A DNA stretch of 49,177 bases, the filler included, from Perkinsus olseni (Eukaryota), in assembly GCA_013115125.1 (NCBI GenBank). It is 2 parts of 2 records of this genome, joined end to end, with 100 filler letters (N's around TTAATTAATTAA, not from the genome) between each part and the next. Parts side by side here need not be neighbours in the genome. Positions count along the whole stretch, not along the records: positions 1 to 24,696 come from JABANN010000507.1; 1 more part is not named here. One strand, given 5' to 3'. The notes beneath the pieces are model-generated. The model saw only the letters and a program-made list of their open reading frames with translations, was not told the DNA's origin and ran no database searches. A program made the translations under genes and the position numbers. Below, piece by piece: positions 1 to 12,535 of this stretch. Within the stretch, counting starts at the first letter, position 1. Every line of letters starts with the position of its first letter.

Positions 1-593
1 CGACCACTGCGGCTGCTACTACTCAGGCTGCGACCACTGTGGCTCCGACTACTCAGGCTGCGACCACTGCGGCCGTCACCACTGCGGCTGTCACCACTCA
101 GGGAGCAACTACCCAAGCGCCCACTACTCAAGCGGCCACTACCGCGGCTGTCACCACTCAGGCTGCAACCACTGCGGCTCCGACTACTCAGGCCGCGACC
201 ACTGTGGCTCCGACTACTCAGGCGGCCACTACCGCGGCTGTCACCACTCAGGCTGCGACCACTGCGGCTGCTACTACTCAGGCTGCGACCACTGTGTCTC
301 CGACTACTCAGGCGGCCACTACCGCGGCTGTCACCACTCAGGGAGCAACTACGCAAGCGCCCACTACTGCGGTCCCTACTACTCAAGCCGCCACTACTCG
401 GGCCGAGACCACTGCGGCTGCCACTACTCAGGCTGCGACAACTGCGGCTCCGACTACCCGAGCCGAGACTACTGCAGCTTCAACCCAAGCGGCCACCACT
501 CAGGCAGCTACTACGGCGGCACCGACTACTCAGGCGGCTACTAGCGCGACTGCTACCACTCGGCCAGCTACTACTGCTGCTCCGACGGTTTAG
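1..593 (+). CDS. 3' end of a Thr/Ala/Gln-rich mucin-like repeat protein (5'-truncated by the window edge)
   Basis: Frame is open from position 3 to TAG at 591-593. It encodes tandem TTQAATTAAx decapeptides (30-nt units built from 15-nt halves) with synonymous variation. There is no C-terminal hydrophobic anchor. Confidence 0.8.
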   Translation, partial: TTAAATTQAATTVAPTTQAATTAAVTTAAVTTQGATTQAPTTQAATTAAVTTQAATTAAPTTQAATTVAPTTQAATTAAVTTQAATTAAATTQAATTVSPTTQAATTAAVTTQGATTQAPTTAVPTTQAATTRAETTAAATTQAATTAAPTTRAETTAASTQAATTQAATTAAPTTQAATSATATTRPATTAAPTV

Positions 594-2135
594 ATACTAG
601 TACCTACACTGCCTTTTCGTGAGAGTCGCTTTTATCTCCGGAACCCGGAATTCACCATTCACATTCTTTCCATTCAATTAGACCACGAGTGACTTCGTGT
701 TTTGGTTTGATCATTCACGTGTATTCTTGTCCGCATTCTAATCAGCGCAAGCACTAGTGCGCTGAATCATTGTTTCAACTAGTATAGAACTACGTCATGA
801 ACCCGGTGTTGCGTGAATATTCGGGATTACGTGGCAGAGGGTAGTACGAGAAGGTCGGAGACCTAATCAGAACAAAGCTGACAAGTGCTACCAATTCACA
901 ATATGGAGAGCCGGTTGACGATGACCTCGCTCTGAGAACAACATACCTTGGGTTGACAAACAGGGCCTATTCAATAGGTTAAACTAAGCCCCCATAAAGA
1001 GTTTCATCGGTGCTAGTCTAACTAGGCCGTCCTGTCGGCGTTGGACTTTAATCTCACACACATGGAGAGCCGGCAACCTCTCTCCAGCGACAGCATCTCT
1101 AAAAGATCGCGACACAAAACAGCACGTACACTAACAACCAACTCCTGTCTCATACTAGGGACAGGCATCCGAAGGGATTCTTCTGCCTCCGACAAATCTG
1201 CAAGACTCAATCGAAGACTTACCTAATCCGTACCGCTCCTCCCCGGAAATGTCCCAACCACTGAGACGTGGGAAGACGGTGAAGTGCGTAAAGATTCAGG
1301 ATACGTGGGGCGTCTAACGCAGACACTGTACATACTACACACTACTCAGCCATACAGTTCATTGCGTGCCAAACCTCGACTCGAACACAAGGCACCACAG
1401 GATTGGGCTATCATCTTGACTCAGCGGCTCGATTAAGCGGATATACAGCAATATCCATATACAACCGCCGCCGACCAAGCACGACGGGACACTATGCCGA
1501 TATACATCAACGAATCGGACGCTGAACCTGCCCCGTACAAAGAAAGAGAAAGAAAAGGAAAAAAATCGGTGTGTTGGGCACACTCGCCGCATTAACTGGT
1601 CTGAGCGTCACAGCATGCGTGGAATTGATGGCCAGGGCGCGCACATGAGTCCTGCAATGGGCTGACACCTGCCGCTAGCTGAGACCGACAGAGTTGTGTG
1701 CCAAACACAAAATAGGGGACGAGCAAGGTGAGGTAACGACTTCGGCTCGTACTGTAACTCCAAGCACACGTGCTTTCCAATTCACTCTCCCTTAGCTAGC
1801 GATTGAAAAGTACTGCCGTGATAGATTGTAGTAGACTTGGATTCTTCAAAAAACTTAAGTACGAAGCTGCCTGCTAACGGGCGCTGACCCTGCAACCTTC
1901 TAGACTTCTTGACCTCAGTGGACCTCAGTGGTTTCGCCCCCCGAAAGTCCATCCGGCATCAAATGGACCACGCGAACTTCTCAAACCCTTTGTCTGTCGT
2001 CCTCTGTGGCCGTGAACGAATTCGAGGCTGATCATATCCGTATCTCTGTAGTACACGGCTCGAACATACTCCTCAATGTTTCCAGTATCGCCCGGCCTTG
2101 AGACCCAACTGGTATCCAACGCAACTATGCAGCGT

Positions 2136-3235
2136 CTATCGAGAAGATCGGAGTTTACCAGATATCTCGGGTAAATGGAAATATGCACTCAACGTCGACT
2201 TGTTGAAGCTTCTCGTCAGGGTGTAGCGGAGCTCTGGCTCAGGGGAATCGTCCAATAGTGACGGGTACCGACTCAATTCCTAGCAGGCAAAGCGAGAATG
2301 AGGGTTTCCTGTACCAGACGGCACTTACCTTTCCTCTATTATAGAGAACTAACGAGGGAAGCTGGACAGATTGGAGACTCGGGTTGATACCCTGGCACGT
2401 GGCCGCATCGGGCCATCTATCGACATCGACCAAGCCGAACTCGAGAAGGTCGCTGTGGTACTTGGCCGCAATAGAGGCGAAAACGAAGCTAGCCTCCGCC
2501 GCAGCGGGCAGAGAGGGTGAGTTGAAGAGTACGAGCCAGTGCGAGGATTTCTCCTGACGAGTGCCCGACTTTGAACCTGCTAACACAACCACTCATGGGC
2601 TCGGTCCCGAGTCGGCATGAGCTGACCTCTCCGCTCTACGTTCTTCAGCAGGACGCGATTATTGAGATCGCTAAGCCCTGATATGTACTCCACGCACCGA
2701 GTTCCTGTGACGAACAAGTATTATCAAAACAGACGAGTGGGGCCCACCTGAATATTCTGGTTGGCCAGTAGTGATCCATACTATTATGCAGGCCAGTGTG
2801 AACCTAGGGAGGGCCGCTGCGGGGCGCGAAAAGCTCGCCTAGGTTACCATGCCCATAGGGCAGTGCTGACGAAGTAAAGGGTAACCGCACAGTATGACAA
2901 GGCGAGAGTGAGGAAGGTAGCGACCTGACAAGGGAAAGGCTCAATGGTGTTGCGGAGTCCGACCGGTTCACCTTGAGCTCCAACACCGGTCTCCTAGAGA
3001 CTCTATTAATGGTGATCATACCGGTCAAGAGCAGCAGTATAACTTCCTTGCTAATCCCCGTCCTGAAATCGCCCTCGTGGACAATTGAACAGAAACAGCA
3101 CTGTCGGGCTCACGTTTCATCAATGCTTCTCTTGAAGGCTTCGTTGTCGAGAATGCGGATAACCACGTAGAGCGCCACGAGCCCTACTCGAGATAAGTAA
3201 AAAGGGCTAGCCAAACGCTTGAAGAGGTTACTCAT
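2136..3235 (-). CDS. TMX2-like thioredoxin-related transmembrane protein, multi-exon
   Basis: ATG at 3235 gives MSNLFKRLASPFYLSRVGLVALYVVIRIL. An internal exon reads HWLVLFNSPSLPA...FASIAAKYHSDLLEFGLVDVDRWPDAA...INPSLQSVQLPSLVLYNRGK, matching the TMX2 Trx-fold pattern. The last exon ELSRYP...RSSR ends at 2136. Short GT-AG introns. Confidence 0.7.
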
Positions 3236-3512
3236 AGTGGCGTGTCACTACTGAGTGCAGATTGCTACCAGAATACGTGTTTTCCGTTTTTTATTGAAGC
3301 CAGCTGCAACCGTTGGACAGTTTCCAGTCCAGACGACGTATCGAGTCGCGATGCAGGTATCGATGCTCGACTCCTCACCGAAAGATTATTATCAGCCGTA
3401 AGCATAAGCGATCGCCACTCAAAGCTCAACACGACTTTCGTCACATAAAAATGGATACATAATGGTCTACACGAGTAACAGTAGTGAAAGTGACGCGAAA
3501 GTGTGGACTGGT

Positions 3513-5736
3513 TCAAACAACACCATGTTGTCTGTTCCACTCAACCAACGCAGCGATGTTCTCACCAGTACTGGACGGCCGGATAACTTTCAGCGCCTCC
3601 AAGAAGTGCTCGAGCCTCAGCGGCGGAAGGTCCTCGGGCTTCATCGTCCGCATCTGAGGTTAGGCAGCAATCCTCAAACACCACGGGGCGCGATGGAGAA
3701 TAACTATCGGCCCACCTTGTCCATATTCAAGTTCCTCATGCTGGACATGGCCGCCTCTCGGCACAGTTGGTTGAGGTCCGAGTGGCTGTAGTGTTCAGTT
3801 GTCGCTACGATTTCTAAAACCAAACTCCCTAGCAACAATGTACGAAGATGAACTACTCTGAATGTCACGCTCAGTAATCTTGCTATTAGGAACATCTTTC
3901 ACGAGCTTCTTGATGGCCTGACAGAAAAAGCAATTGGGTCCATCTCCGAGGATGAAGAAGGGTTCTTCCTACAGCGGCTCGAGTGCTCGGCTCCGGTAAG
4001 GGCACATAAATCCGCTTTGGGAATCGTCTCAGTACAGCTTCATCCAGATCCATCGGTCGATTGGTCGCAGCCAAGACCACAACTCTACCCTTCCCACTTT
4101 CCTCGTGTATACCGTCAAGCTGGATCTAACCGAGACACGATGGAACATCCTAAAGCAGTCGCCAGCCCCCCCCGTACTACCAGCATCTCTGTTTTCAGCC
4201 GTCGTGTAGCTTCATGATCATTGTCGCCTAACACCACCATCAGCATCACTGCCAGCCTCCACCCAGCCAGCCCTACCTCGCTTGCCCAATATCGAGTCGA
4301 CCTCGTCCATGAATATCACGCTCGGTGCCCGGGCCCTCGCCACGGTGAAGAGGTCCCTGACAATCTTTTCGTCCTCACCGTGCCATCGTGAGGTGAGAGC
4401 TGACGCCTGAAATCAGCATTACCACCAGGGACGTGTAACTGCTGTGGTGCAAACGTACGCTGACGCTAAAGAAGGTGACATCCTTGCACTGACTAGCCAC
4501 TGCTTTTGCTAAGTGAGTCTTGCCGTTCCCTGGTGGACCAAATAGGAGGAGGCCCAGAGGAGGGGCCCTAAGGCCGGTGAAGAGCTGAGGAACGGTGACA
4601 CTGTCCTATTGATGAGACTCGCGACCAAGATCAATGACTGACAATACGTGCGAAGCGTTCTCTGAAGGGCTTGGGTAGAAGCAGGGCCCCGGGTGAGAGC
4701 CAACCGGCATTACTTTGGGGTTGAGGCTAGGCATAATGATCATCTCCATGAGATGCCTTTTAGGCTCCTCCAACCCCACAACATCTTCCCACTTCACTCC
4801 TGTCACCGATACAATTAGGGAATCTATTTCGCTTTGATGCGATGCCATCGAACCTCCAACAGCACCGGTCTGACAAGAACCACTGAATAGGGCAGCATAG
4901 GGCCCACATGTCACGTAGCAAAAGCGGGGAAAGGACAGAGAGATCTTCAAATAGAACTTCCAAAGGGACCCGCTATACCCGAGACCATTGAGAGAGCTAA
5001 ACGACTGCGAGCCTCTCTAAGCAGCAGAAGGAGCCAGTATTACCTTCACAGGAGCTCCATTAGCCGAGCCTGCTGCACCAACTCTCCGCCGTTGACCAGC
5101 TGCTCTGATGACCATCCGCGGCCTTGTGGGATTGGTCACAGAGGTGTGATTCTGTCCAGAATACAACAACAACATGGCCACAGATGGTGCAATCCAATGT
5201 ATACGACCTTCGCTGCTATCCTCCTCCGGAGCTCCTCAACACGACGAGAAAACGTAAAACAAACCTCCTCTACGTCCGCATTAGACACGTCCTTCGACAG
5301 GTTTATAGCGTACTCGTACCTTGGGAGATCAGTACGAGTAATCATGGAAGACGACAGTGGAATGCTTATACACATACGTAGCCATCTCGAGAGAGAAGTC
5401 ACTCAGCAGCCGCTCAATAACGGACAGTAGCCCGTCCCCCTCGGACTCCAAAAAACAACGGAAACTTGCGCCCTTTCATTATACGGGCACCCGATCCCAC
5501 ACCCCCTCCTCCAGGGGTGGTAGTATTACTGCCGTATTGCCTCCATATCTCGGCCATCCTCTTCCAAGGCCTTGGCTGCCTCCCCAGCTTCGATGAACTT
5601 CAACAAATGGGCTCGAGCCGCCTCGCTGCTTTGGCTCCCTCGGCTTCCTGGCGTATTGAAAACAATAAGTAACAAGGACTGCGAGGGAGATCGCCACGAT
5701 CAGACCGCCCTTACTTCGGCGATCGCATAAAGACAT
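3513..5736 (-). CDS. Spastin/fidgetin/katanin-family AAA ATPase with N-terminal MIT-like domain, multi-exon
   Basis: Exons give [23 protein letters not shown], Walker [14 protein letters not shown], pore loop [11 protein letters not shown], Walker [39 protein letters not shown] and C-terminal IRPSS...[10 protein letters not shown]-terminal [23 protein letters not shown] resembles an MIT helix. Confidence 0.88.
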
Positions 5737-5839
5737 GAGCCAGCGAATGAATGTTATAATCATCCCTACTTCACCGACATTGACTGTGAATCTTGAGAAC
5801 TCAAAAACACCCACCCGCGGGCTCGGGACACTAAGTCAA

Positions 5840-6749
5840 TTATTCATGAATGGTCATCACCGGTATGGTACAGGGCCTCGTCTCGACGTAATCATCAGCC
5901 GTAAGAATCGGCTTCAACCTTCGTTGGTCGATGCGCACTCTCCGCATTGAATCGAGAAGCATCAGAATCATCGAGACGGTGCAGGGTCGAGACACCTGCA
6001 TGAACCGTCCGCCATTAACCACGCCATCATCACCGCTCCTACCGTCGTGTATATCAAGCATCGCCCCTGTGAGGGGGTCCTCTATCATGAACCCATGGGC
6101 GATGTCCCCGTCACTATCGATGTACACTGGTGTTTGCGGCGCTACTCTCGGTGAGTTTGCCTGCGACGGTGGAGTGGCAAGCAACGATTCTAAGGCTTAG
6201 TACTGCGAGGAACTCGGCGCTGCGGCACTCCTGTATAACTGGACAGGTGTCGAGCTCGTCCACTCTGGGAGGTCCGTCACTCTTGGCCTGGGTGACTGGG
6301 CGTTGAGGAGGCCCCGGTGGCTCGCCTCCGGCTGGTGGTACTGAGGAATCGATTGGTCCGAATCCTCGTACGTCAAACCAGCTGTAACTCGTACCAAACA
6401 TCCCCCAATTCTACGGAGCAACTCTCCCTACTACCTGGCATGCTGCTATCAGGTGTCTTCATAACAGGAGCCTTCCGAAATGATAATGGCGTTTCCTTCC
6501 TCTTCTGAAGCACAGCCCAGGGCGTAGGGATCCACAATCCAGTGCCATTCTCAAACGACGGGAAACGGACAACATCAGCCCGATTGTGTTGCCACTGATC
6601 ACCACCTTGCTGCTGCCGCTGGTGTTGTTGTTGTTATCGTCTCCCTCCACTGCTGCTGCTGCTGCTGCCCCAGCCGTTTCTCCCTGCTTCTCACTTGGCG
6701 GCGTTGGAGCCATATTACTATACCTTCTCGACGACTGACCGCATCCCAT
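5840..6749 (-). CDS. Hypothetical protein with N-terminal MGCGQS dual-acylation motif, multi-exon
   Basis: ATG at 6749 gives MGCGQSSRR. Downstream ORF pieces at 6197-6421 and 5840-6184 look coding. The exon structure is not fully resolved. Confidence 0.5.
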
Positions 6750-7202
6750 ATGAAAAAAGACTACTCTGAAGACTTGCTCAAGGATGCCAGCCCTTATAAT
6801 CACAAAGCTCGACGAATCGTCCACGGTATGTATTTGAAAGCTACGAAGCACCGCTTGCTCAACAACTAGATAACCGTATCATCCACTGGGTGTGATCAGC
6901 ACAGGGTGATAAGAAGGCGCAACTTGGCAATTTCGCGGCGCGCGGTAATTATATGCTACCGCAACGACCATAATGGAAATCTGCGTGTTCCGCGTAATCT
7001 GCAGATGCGACAGAGTTCCGGCATCAGTTTGAAACCGGAAGGGTGTAGGCAGTGATGGCTCTTTTTCTCACTGACGGGCTATCCAGAATACTTGGTGATA
7101 CTACGCGGAGTCCCCACTCTGAACCACTACTAAAAACACAATTTATACATTTAAATGGTAGAAAGCCACACGAATAAGAGTGAAAGCTGGAACTGAAGAA
7201 AT

Positions 7203-7966
7203 CTATGATGATGATGTCGCCCCGGTGAACTCTGGTTGATGGGGATCTAGGGATGGGTAACGACTGCGGCAGCGGTCGAGCAGGTACTCCCCATGCGTGT
7301 AAAACTCTCCTGAAGTTCTCCCGTCGTCCTCCTCTGTGGGGTCGGCTGTAGTTAGCAGCACCTGGCAGCGGGCTCACCAATGGTCGATGCACCCACAGGA
7401 GACCCCCTACCTGGTACAGCCCTACAGTGGCAGCGAGAACTAACGACTTCCATTGCCGATCTTCCGCCTCGACTGCTAGAGCTTCGTCTAAGGCCTCATC
7501 ATCCATCTCCGATCTGGACCTGATCGTAGCAGAGAGGTTCTGTCAACTGAAGAGCCATAACTTTCAGGGCAAAGCCACCGCCTGATATTCAACGTTTCAG
7601 AAGTTTTCCTGTAAATACGAGGTGGCGAACGTATGGTATGGTGAAAACTGTCATTGCCAAGCGACTTACGGAATGGACGGGTCTCCCACTGCCACCGAGG
7701 GAAGCCGGCATGAAGCATCCAACTGGCTGCAGATTGCCTTCAAGAGATCTACTGGACCTACTCCGACCTTTTCCACATCGTGAGTGCCCCAGACGATCGA
7801 TACCACTCCTTTCGTATCTCGTCTGCAAGTCAGTTACAATCTCTCCAATTCGTCGGTCCTCTTTCAACCTTGAAAACGCTGCGGGATAGTGCTGCCGCAT
7901 ATCTTCTTCCCGTGACAAGCGATGAAGATACGGTCTGAGCTCACGCCAATACCTTGAGGAAGCCAT
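7203..7966 (-). CDS. Hypothetical protein, multi-exon
   Basis: MASSRYWRELRPYLHRLSREED... then DDEALDEALAVEAEDRQWKSLVLAATVGLYQ, a GT-AG intron and a final exon VLLTTADPTEEDD...ATSSS*. Confidence 0.5.
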
Positions 7967-8005
7967 GGTGGTGATAAGCAAAGAAGCATGATTACTCATT
8001 ACCCC

Positions 8006-9876
8006 TCATTCCACCCCAGGGCCCAATGTCCGAACATGTCCTCCGATCGTTCGGCGGGATGGCTTGATCGGTGCCGTGGAGACCTTTGAGGGGGTCCAGA
8101 CATTGGCGGCATTCCCTCTAGTGAAATCAACTATCACGCAAGTGGCAGGTGATCAGAGGGTTTCCTGCTCTTTCCACGTCATTCCATTGACGCGATAGAG
8201 GGCTTGCCTGAACCGCCATATTAACGCGAGAACTAGGCGGGAATTCATGAAGAGGCCCAACACCAGATGGCGACAATTCCCCAGACAGACTCGGTCGTCA
8301 AGGTAGCAAGAGTCGTTGAGCTCTCCTTGACGACCACGAGGAGAGTTTGAGGATTGAATTGAAGCACCACAATGAAGACAAACAGAGAAAGACGTCCGAC
8401 GGGGAATAGGGGACCCCCTTTGCGAGCATAGAGAGCGCCCTAGTCTGCATGCTGGAGACCTCAACTGTATGACTGTCATGTTCGAGAGCCGAGCCTTGAC
8501 TACCTAGCCGGGAACATGCCCTCTGGTAAGGGCCTAGGCGAACTCACCTTTTACAATCACGAGAGGGGTGTCTCGCTAGAAGAGCCACCCGGGAGTAGCT
8601 GCATGGAAGCCATCCCGCATGGATGTTCAACTCGAGAAACGTCGTCTATGAAATCTTCATTATCAATTAAAACACTCTGTGTCATGAGATCTGCTGCTGC
8701 CGTCTACCCACCATGGGAGAATATTCGAGAGCTGAACAGGTCTTGCTGCTTCTTCTCGCGGGCCGTCAAGGGAGGGTCCACTGACCTGAGGTTTCGAGTG
8801 CTCAACAGTGTCAACACAGAGGAATGGAAAAGACGCATGAGGAAACGGCAGTGTGAACTGATAGGTCGATAGATCCTCACTTTGAAGCATGCCTGCGACG
8901 GCCTATCTCGGTAGCAGGATTGAGAAAGCTCCCTCTCCTGCCACAGGTGAATACAACCTCGTCTTTGAAGTGCTGAAAGGGCAGTGGGCTCTAAAGTGTT
9001 TACAATAACGTAAACAACTATTTTACGGCCGCGGCCCCGGGCTGCTCATTCTCATCAGTGCTCCCTGGACTTGCACCTGAGCACTCCTCTGAAACACGTA
9101 CGCCGTAGTAGAAGACAGATATTAAATCCACGACCAGACGTAGTTCATAGACGTACATTGACTGTGGTCGGTGAGCGGCAGGCAGCAGAATGATGTCTGG
9201 AGCTCCATCTTCCGCGTACGTCTCCGACTCAGGATCTCACGGCTGCGAATACACAATGTACGGCGATTCGCGATGTCTTCTCTCACCCGGCACGACGTCC
9301 AAGCTCCCTGGCTGGATGGAACCAGGGTTTCTTGGGGTCGTTCCTGAAGTCTATGACGTCCCCCATGTTTAGATTGTCAGAAGTGGGCAGCCGATTGGCG
9401 TCGTAGGAAACTGAGAGCGACTGGAGCCGTGGAGCCGCCTGCACGACGCCAGTCTGCACTCTCACTGCTGCTGCTGCTGCGGGCATTATCAACGGTATCA
9501 TTGCCTGCCATCATTCGAACCTTCATCTCTCTGGCGCTCCTCATGGCCATACCCGGACCAGGGCCCGGCAGCTCAGGGTGAACACTTCCACGGATATCGG
9601 CTAACACCAACCGATGGATCGAATAGGGGACGACGGGGATTCACCTAAATTCCGCTCCTGGTGAAGTGGATCGTAACTGAAGAAACGGTCACAGTCATCC
9701 AACAGTCCAATGGCCTCTCGGTGCGTAGGCTCGGAACTCGGAAGCCTCAGAGCGGCAAATAGCTGAGAGACTTACAGGTCGCTTCCGTTGAAGACATTCG
9801 AGTGCATGTGTATATGGCGCCTCTCCCTAGCGGTCAATGCCGATTGGCGGAGCTGCCCCGGTCCACTGTTACGCAT
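8006..9876 (-). CDS. Hypothetical low-complexity protein, multi-exon (ends approximate)
   Basis: Successive minus-strand ORF pieces bounded by GT/AG sites: MRNSGPGQLRQSALTARERRHIHMHSNVF, RSAREMKVRMMAGN, DVIDFRNDPKKPWFHP. Confidence 0.4.
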
Positions 9877-9996
9877 AGGGAACGGGAAACTAGTGGCGAC
9901 GTCAACGCGCAGGTCTGGTGGTGCGACGAATCGTATCCCAACACGACAGAATGGCTGGAGCAAGAGAGGATTGAAAAAGTGTAGCGACGGCCGCTA

Positions 9997-12395
9997 TTAA
10001 AAGTTTTCAGAAGGATGACCGACAACTGCGTCGCCAACTGATATCTTCACCACTTCTGGCGGACCACCTCCGACGGCCTTCACGATGACGCCCATCACCG
10101 GTCCCTTCTGATTTCTAGTAGTAGAGGCCAGTGCAGTGAGAGCGGGACGCCCAACCGCCATGCCTGAGGGCGAAGGTTCAATACCCAGCAACAGCAACTC
10201 AAGTACTTACACCGGACACAATGACGCTGTATGAGTAGCGGCACTTCCACTTCTGCACACGACACGCGGCAGTGAACCCAATCATACTCCTGCGCAGCAG
10301 ACGTCCCCTCTGTGACTAAATTGGCGCGGAATATCGCAGGGTTCATCTCAGTGGTGGTCCGCTGGGCAACGGCGTCAACCGTCGACTTCGATACCATAAG
10401 CATGTCCTCAGAGCCTACTCCATCGGCCGAGCGAATCGTGCACCCAGGGCCGAGGACTCGCTCGGCGAACTCGGCAAGTGTGAGACGCTGCGACGCCTCA
10501 AGATCAAGCTTCTGACACTCGCTGTCCTCTAGTATCGCGAGAAGCTCTGGACCGGATTCCCAAAGGCTCATTGTGGTCAATAGAGCTAGTAAGGGGCGTG
10601 GCTCAGCATCCGATCGTAGCCAAAGACAGCCCCTCGAAGCTTCCAACACAGGAGTAATGCTCTTCAACTTGTGGCCGTACTTACTACTCTTGCTGTATAT
10701 GGCCCTACCGTCAGGGGCATAGGGCAAGAACTGTCTATCAAGAACCAGGCCACCGCGCCGAGTGGACAGAAGCCATTGGGAAAGGGGTTCACCAGTGGCA
10801 CCATCGACCAGTGCAGCGGCGCCCTTGAGGGGGTACACCGATATCGCGGAGACCCTAGCTGTATCTACAAAGCTCTCAGGCACTCCAGTAGAGCAGACAC
10901 TCACTGACTCTAGTGTCTTGGGCGGCTCGACGTACGAGGGGCGTCTGTTGAGGAATGCCTCTCTGATGAAGGCGATCCAGGCAAAGACGTCAGAGATGGT
11001 GCTCATGTAACCGAGGCTCACTCGGACGAAACCGCTGGGAGCTGGATCGTCACGGCCACCACACACACGACCACACTCGTAGTTCCTTCTAATATCAGCA
11101 TCGCTAAGCTGCAGCCACCGCTGGCAGGCCCCGGCATTGCAACAGCAACCCGCCCGGACCAGAAGGCCCCGGGCATGCGCTGAGCGCTCGACCAGATCGA
11201 AGGGTATAGGGCTGCCGTCTGACCACTGATACACGGCCGCAAGCGTCGGTCCTTGCCGAGACGCCTGCCCTTCATGATTGCCTGCTATAATGCGGCACAA
11301 CGGTATCCCATTGCAATGATGGAGGGCCTTCAGGTCGCGATATAGCAGCTCCGTAAGGGCTCTCACATGCTGGTTCAAGAAGGGCCAACAGTTCTTCCTC
11401 GGGTAGGAGGCAAGGGCGGCAGGCAGCTGCTGAGTGATGGCCACCCAGTTGATGGAGCCTCGCTCTAGCGCCTTCACAATGTTAACACTTCTGATACAAA
11501 AATCGGATTTCGCCGATACGGCATCAACACTGCCGCCTCCAAAATAACCACCAGCAACGGTACCAAACGACTCACTCAATTTCGGCAGCGATTCTGCCCT
11601 GACAATCAACGCCCCGAGCCCGGTGGGGGCACCAAAAACTTTGTAGAGCGATATGGCAACAAAATCAGCATCTACTTTGGACAAATCTAGGCCACCAGGC
11701 GTGCAAGCCAGCTTAGCCGCGTCCAGCAATACAGTGTACCCGGCCTGCTTGAGCTGCCCTACAGTAGCAGGGAGGTCAGCCAACTGTGCCCCCGAGAGAT
11801 TGCACTCCCCGGCAAGTACGTAGAGGCTGCTTACAGAATGACCTGCTGGATGGCCGCCACGAAACCACTCTATCTCCAGAGGGTTCTCGATACTGGCCAC
11901 GCCAACAGACCCACTAGCCATATTACGCAGGCCCACAGCAGAAGTGTGGGACTCGAGAGAGTAGACCAAAGCCGAAGCCTTAGCAAGAGGAAAGTGATCC
12001 CCAACTAGTTGCATTGACTGCGTCGCTCCGCTCGTCCAGACAAGAATGTGAGTATCCTGAGTGGCCCCGAAGAATTCCAGAACCTGTCGTCGCATATCCT
12101 GAACTATTCTTGGCGACTCCCCGAAGCCTGTGTGAGGGTTGAGCAGTGGCGTGGGGTCGCAGATCCGCTCGGCCATCGCTGCAGAGCACTCAGCACTCAC
12201 GGGCGCCCCACCGCCCCAGTCCAGGTAGTGTACTGGGACCTCACTAGCCGCCAAGAGTGGCTTCGGCAATTGGTCAGTACGGAGCACCTTCGAAGCAGCA
12301 TGACAGAAGTCCTTGTTCTTGGTCAAGAACGGCCACAGTTGATAGGCAGTTGATAGAATCGGGTGGGGACCATACGTGCTCCCAGTAGCAGACAT
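9997..12395 (-). CDS. MOCOS: Molybdenum cofactor sulfurase (MOCOS/ABA3/HxB-like; class-V aminotransferase plus MOSC domains)
   Basis: Motifs HYLDWGG, WTSGAT, HTSAVG, ECNLSG, VLLDAA, DFVAISLYKVFGAPTGLGAL (PLP Lys), RAGCCCNAGAC and VRVSLG. MOSC motifs VYPLKG, DRQF, FRANLV and CVRC. One short intron at about 10164-10211, then a last exon ending HPSENF*. First likely ATG at 12395. Confidence 0.92.
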
Positions 12396-12535
12396 AGCTG
12401 CACTCAGAACATTCCCGCTCAACTTGCCATTCACTCGAACCCTACCCAAGTGCAGAAGGAAACGTCTATTTTGGACAGTACTCTTAATAAGAACAACAAC
12501 AAGTAAGGTATGTATCAGTGGTGGAACGGCAGTCA

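Noticed and set aside
900-985. LINE RT remnant (DD...YLGLT) and a GGGCCTATTCAA match to the MITE TIR
   Set aside because: Too short, with no partner TIR or further RT motifs. The match overlaps a small palindrome.
5479-5814. Spastin-like N-terminal TM segment ([16 protein letters not shown])
   Set aside because: It lies within a clean GTAAG...CAG intron whose removal gives the MIT-like frame.
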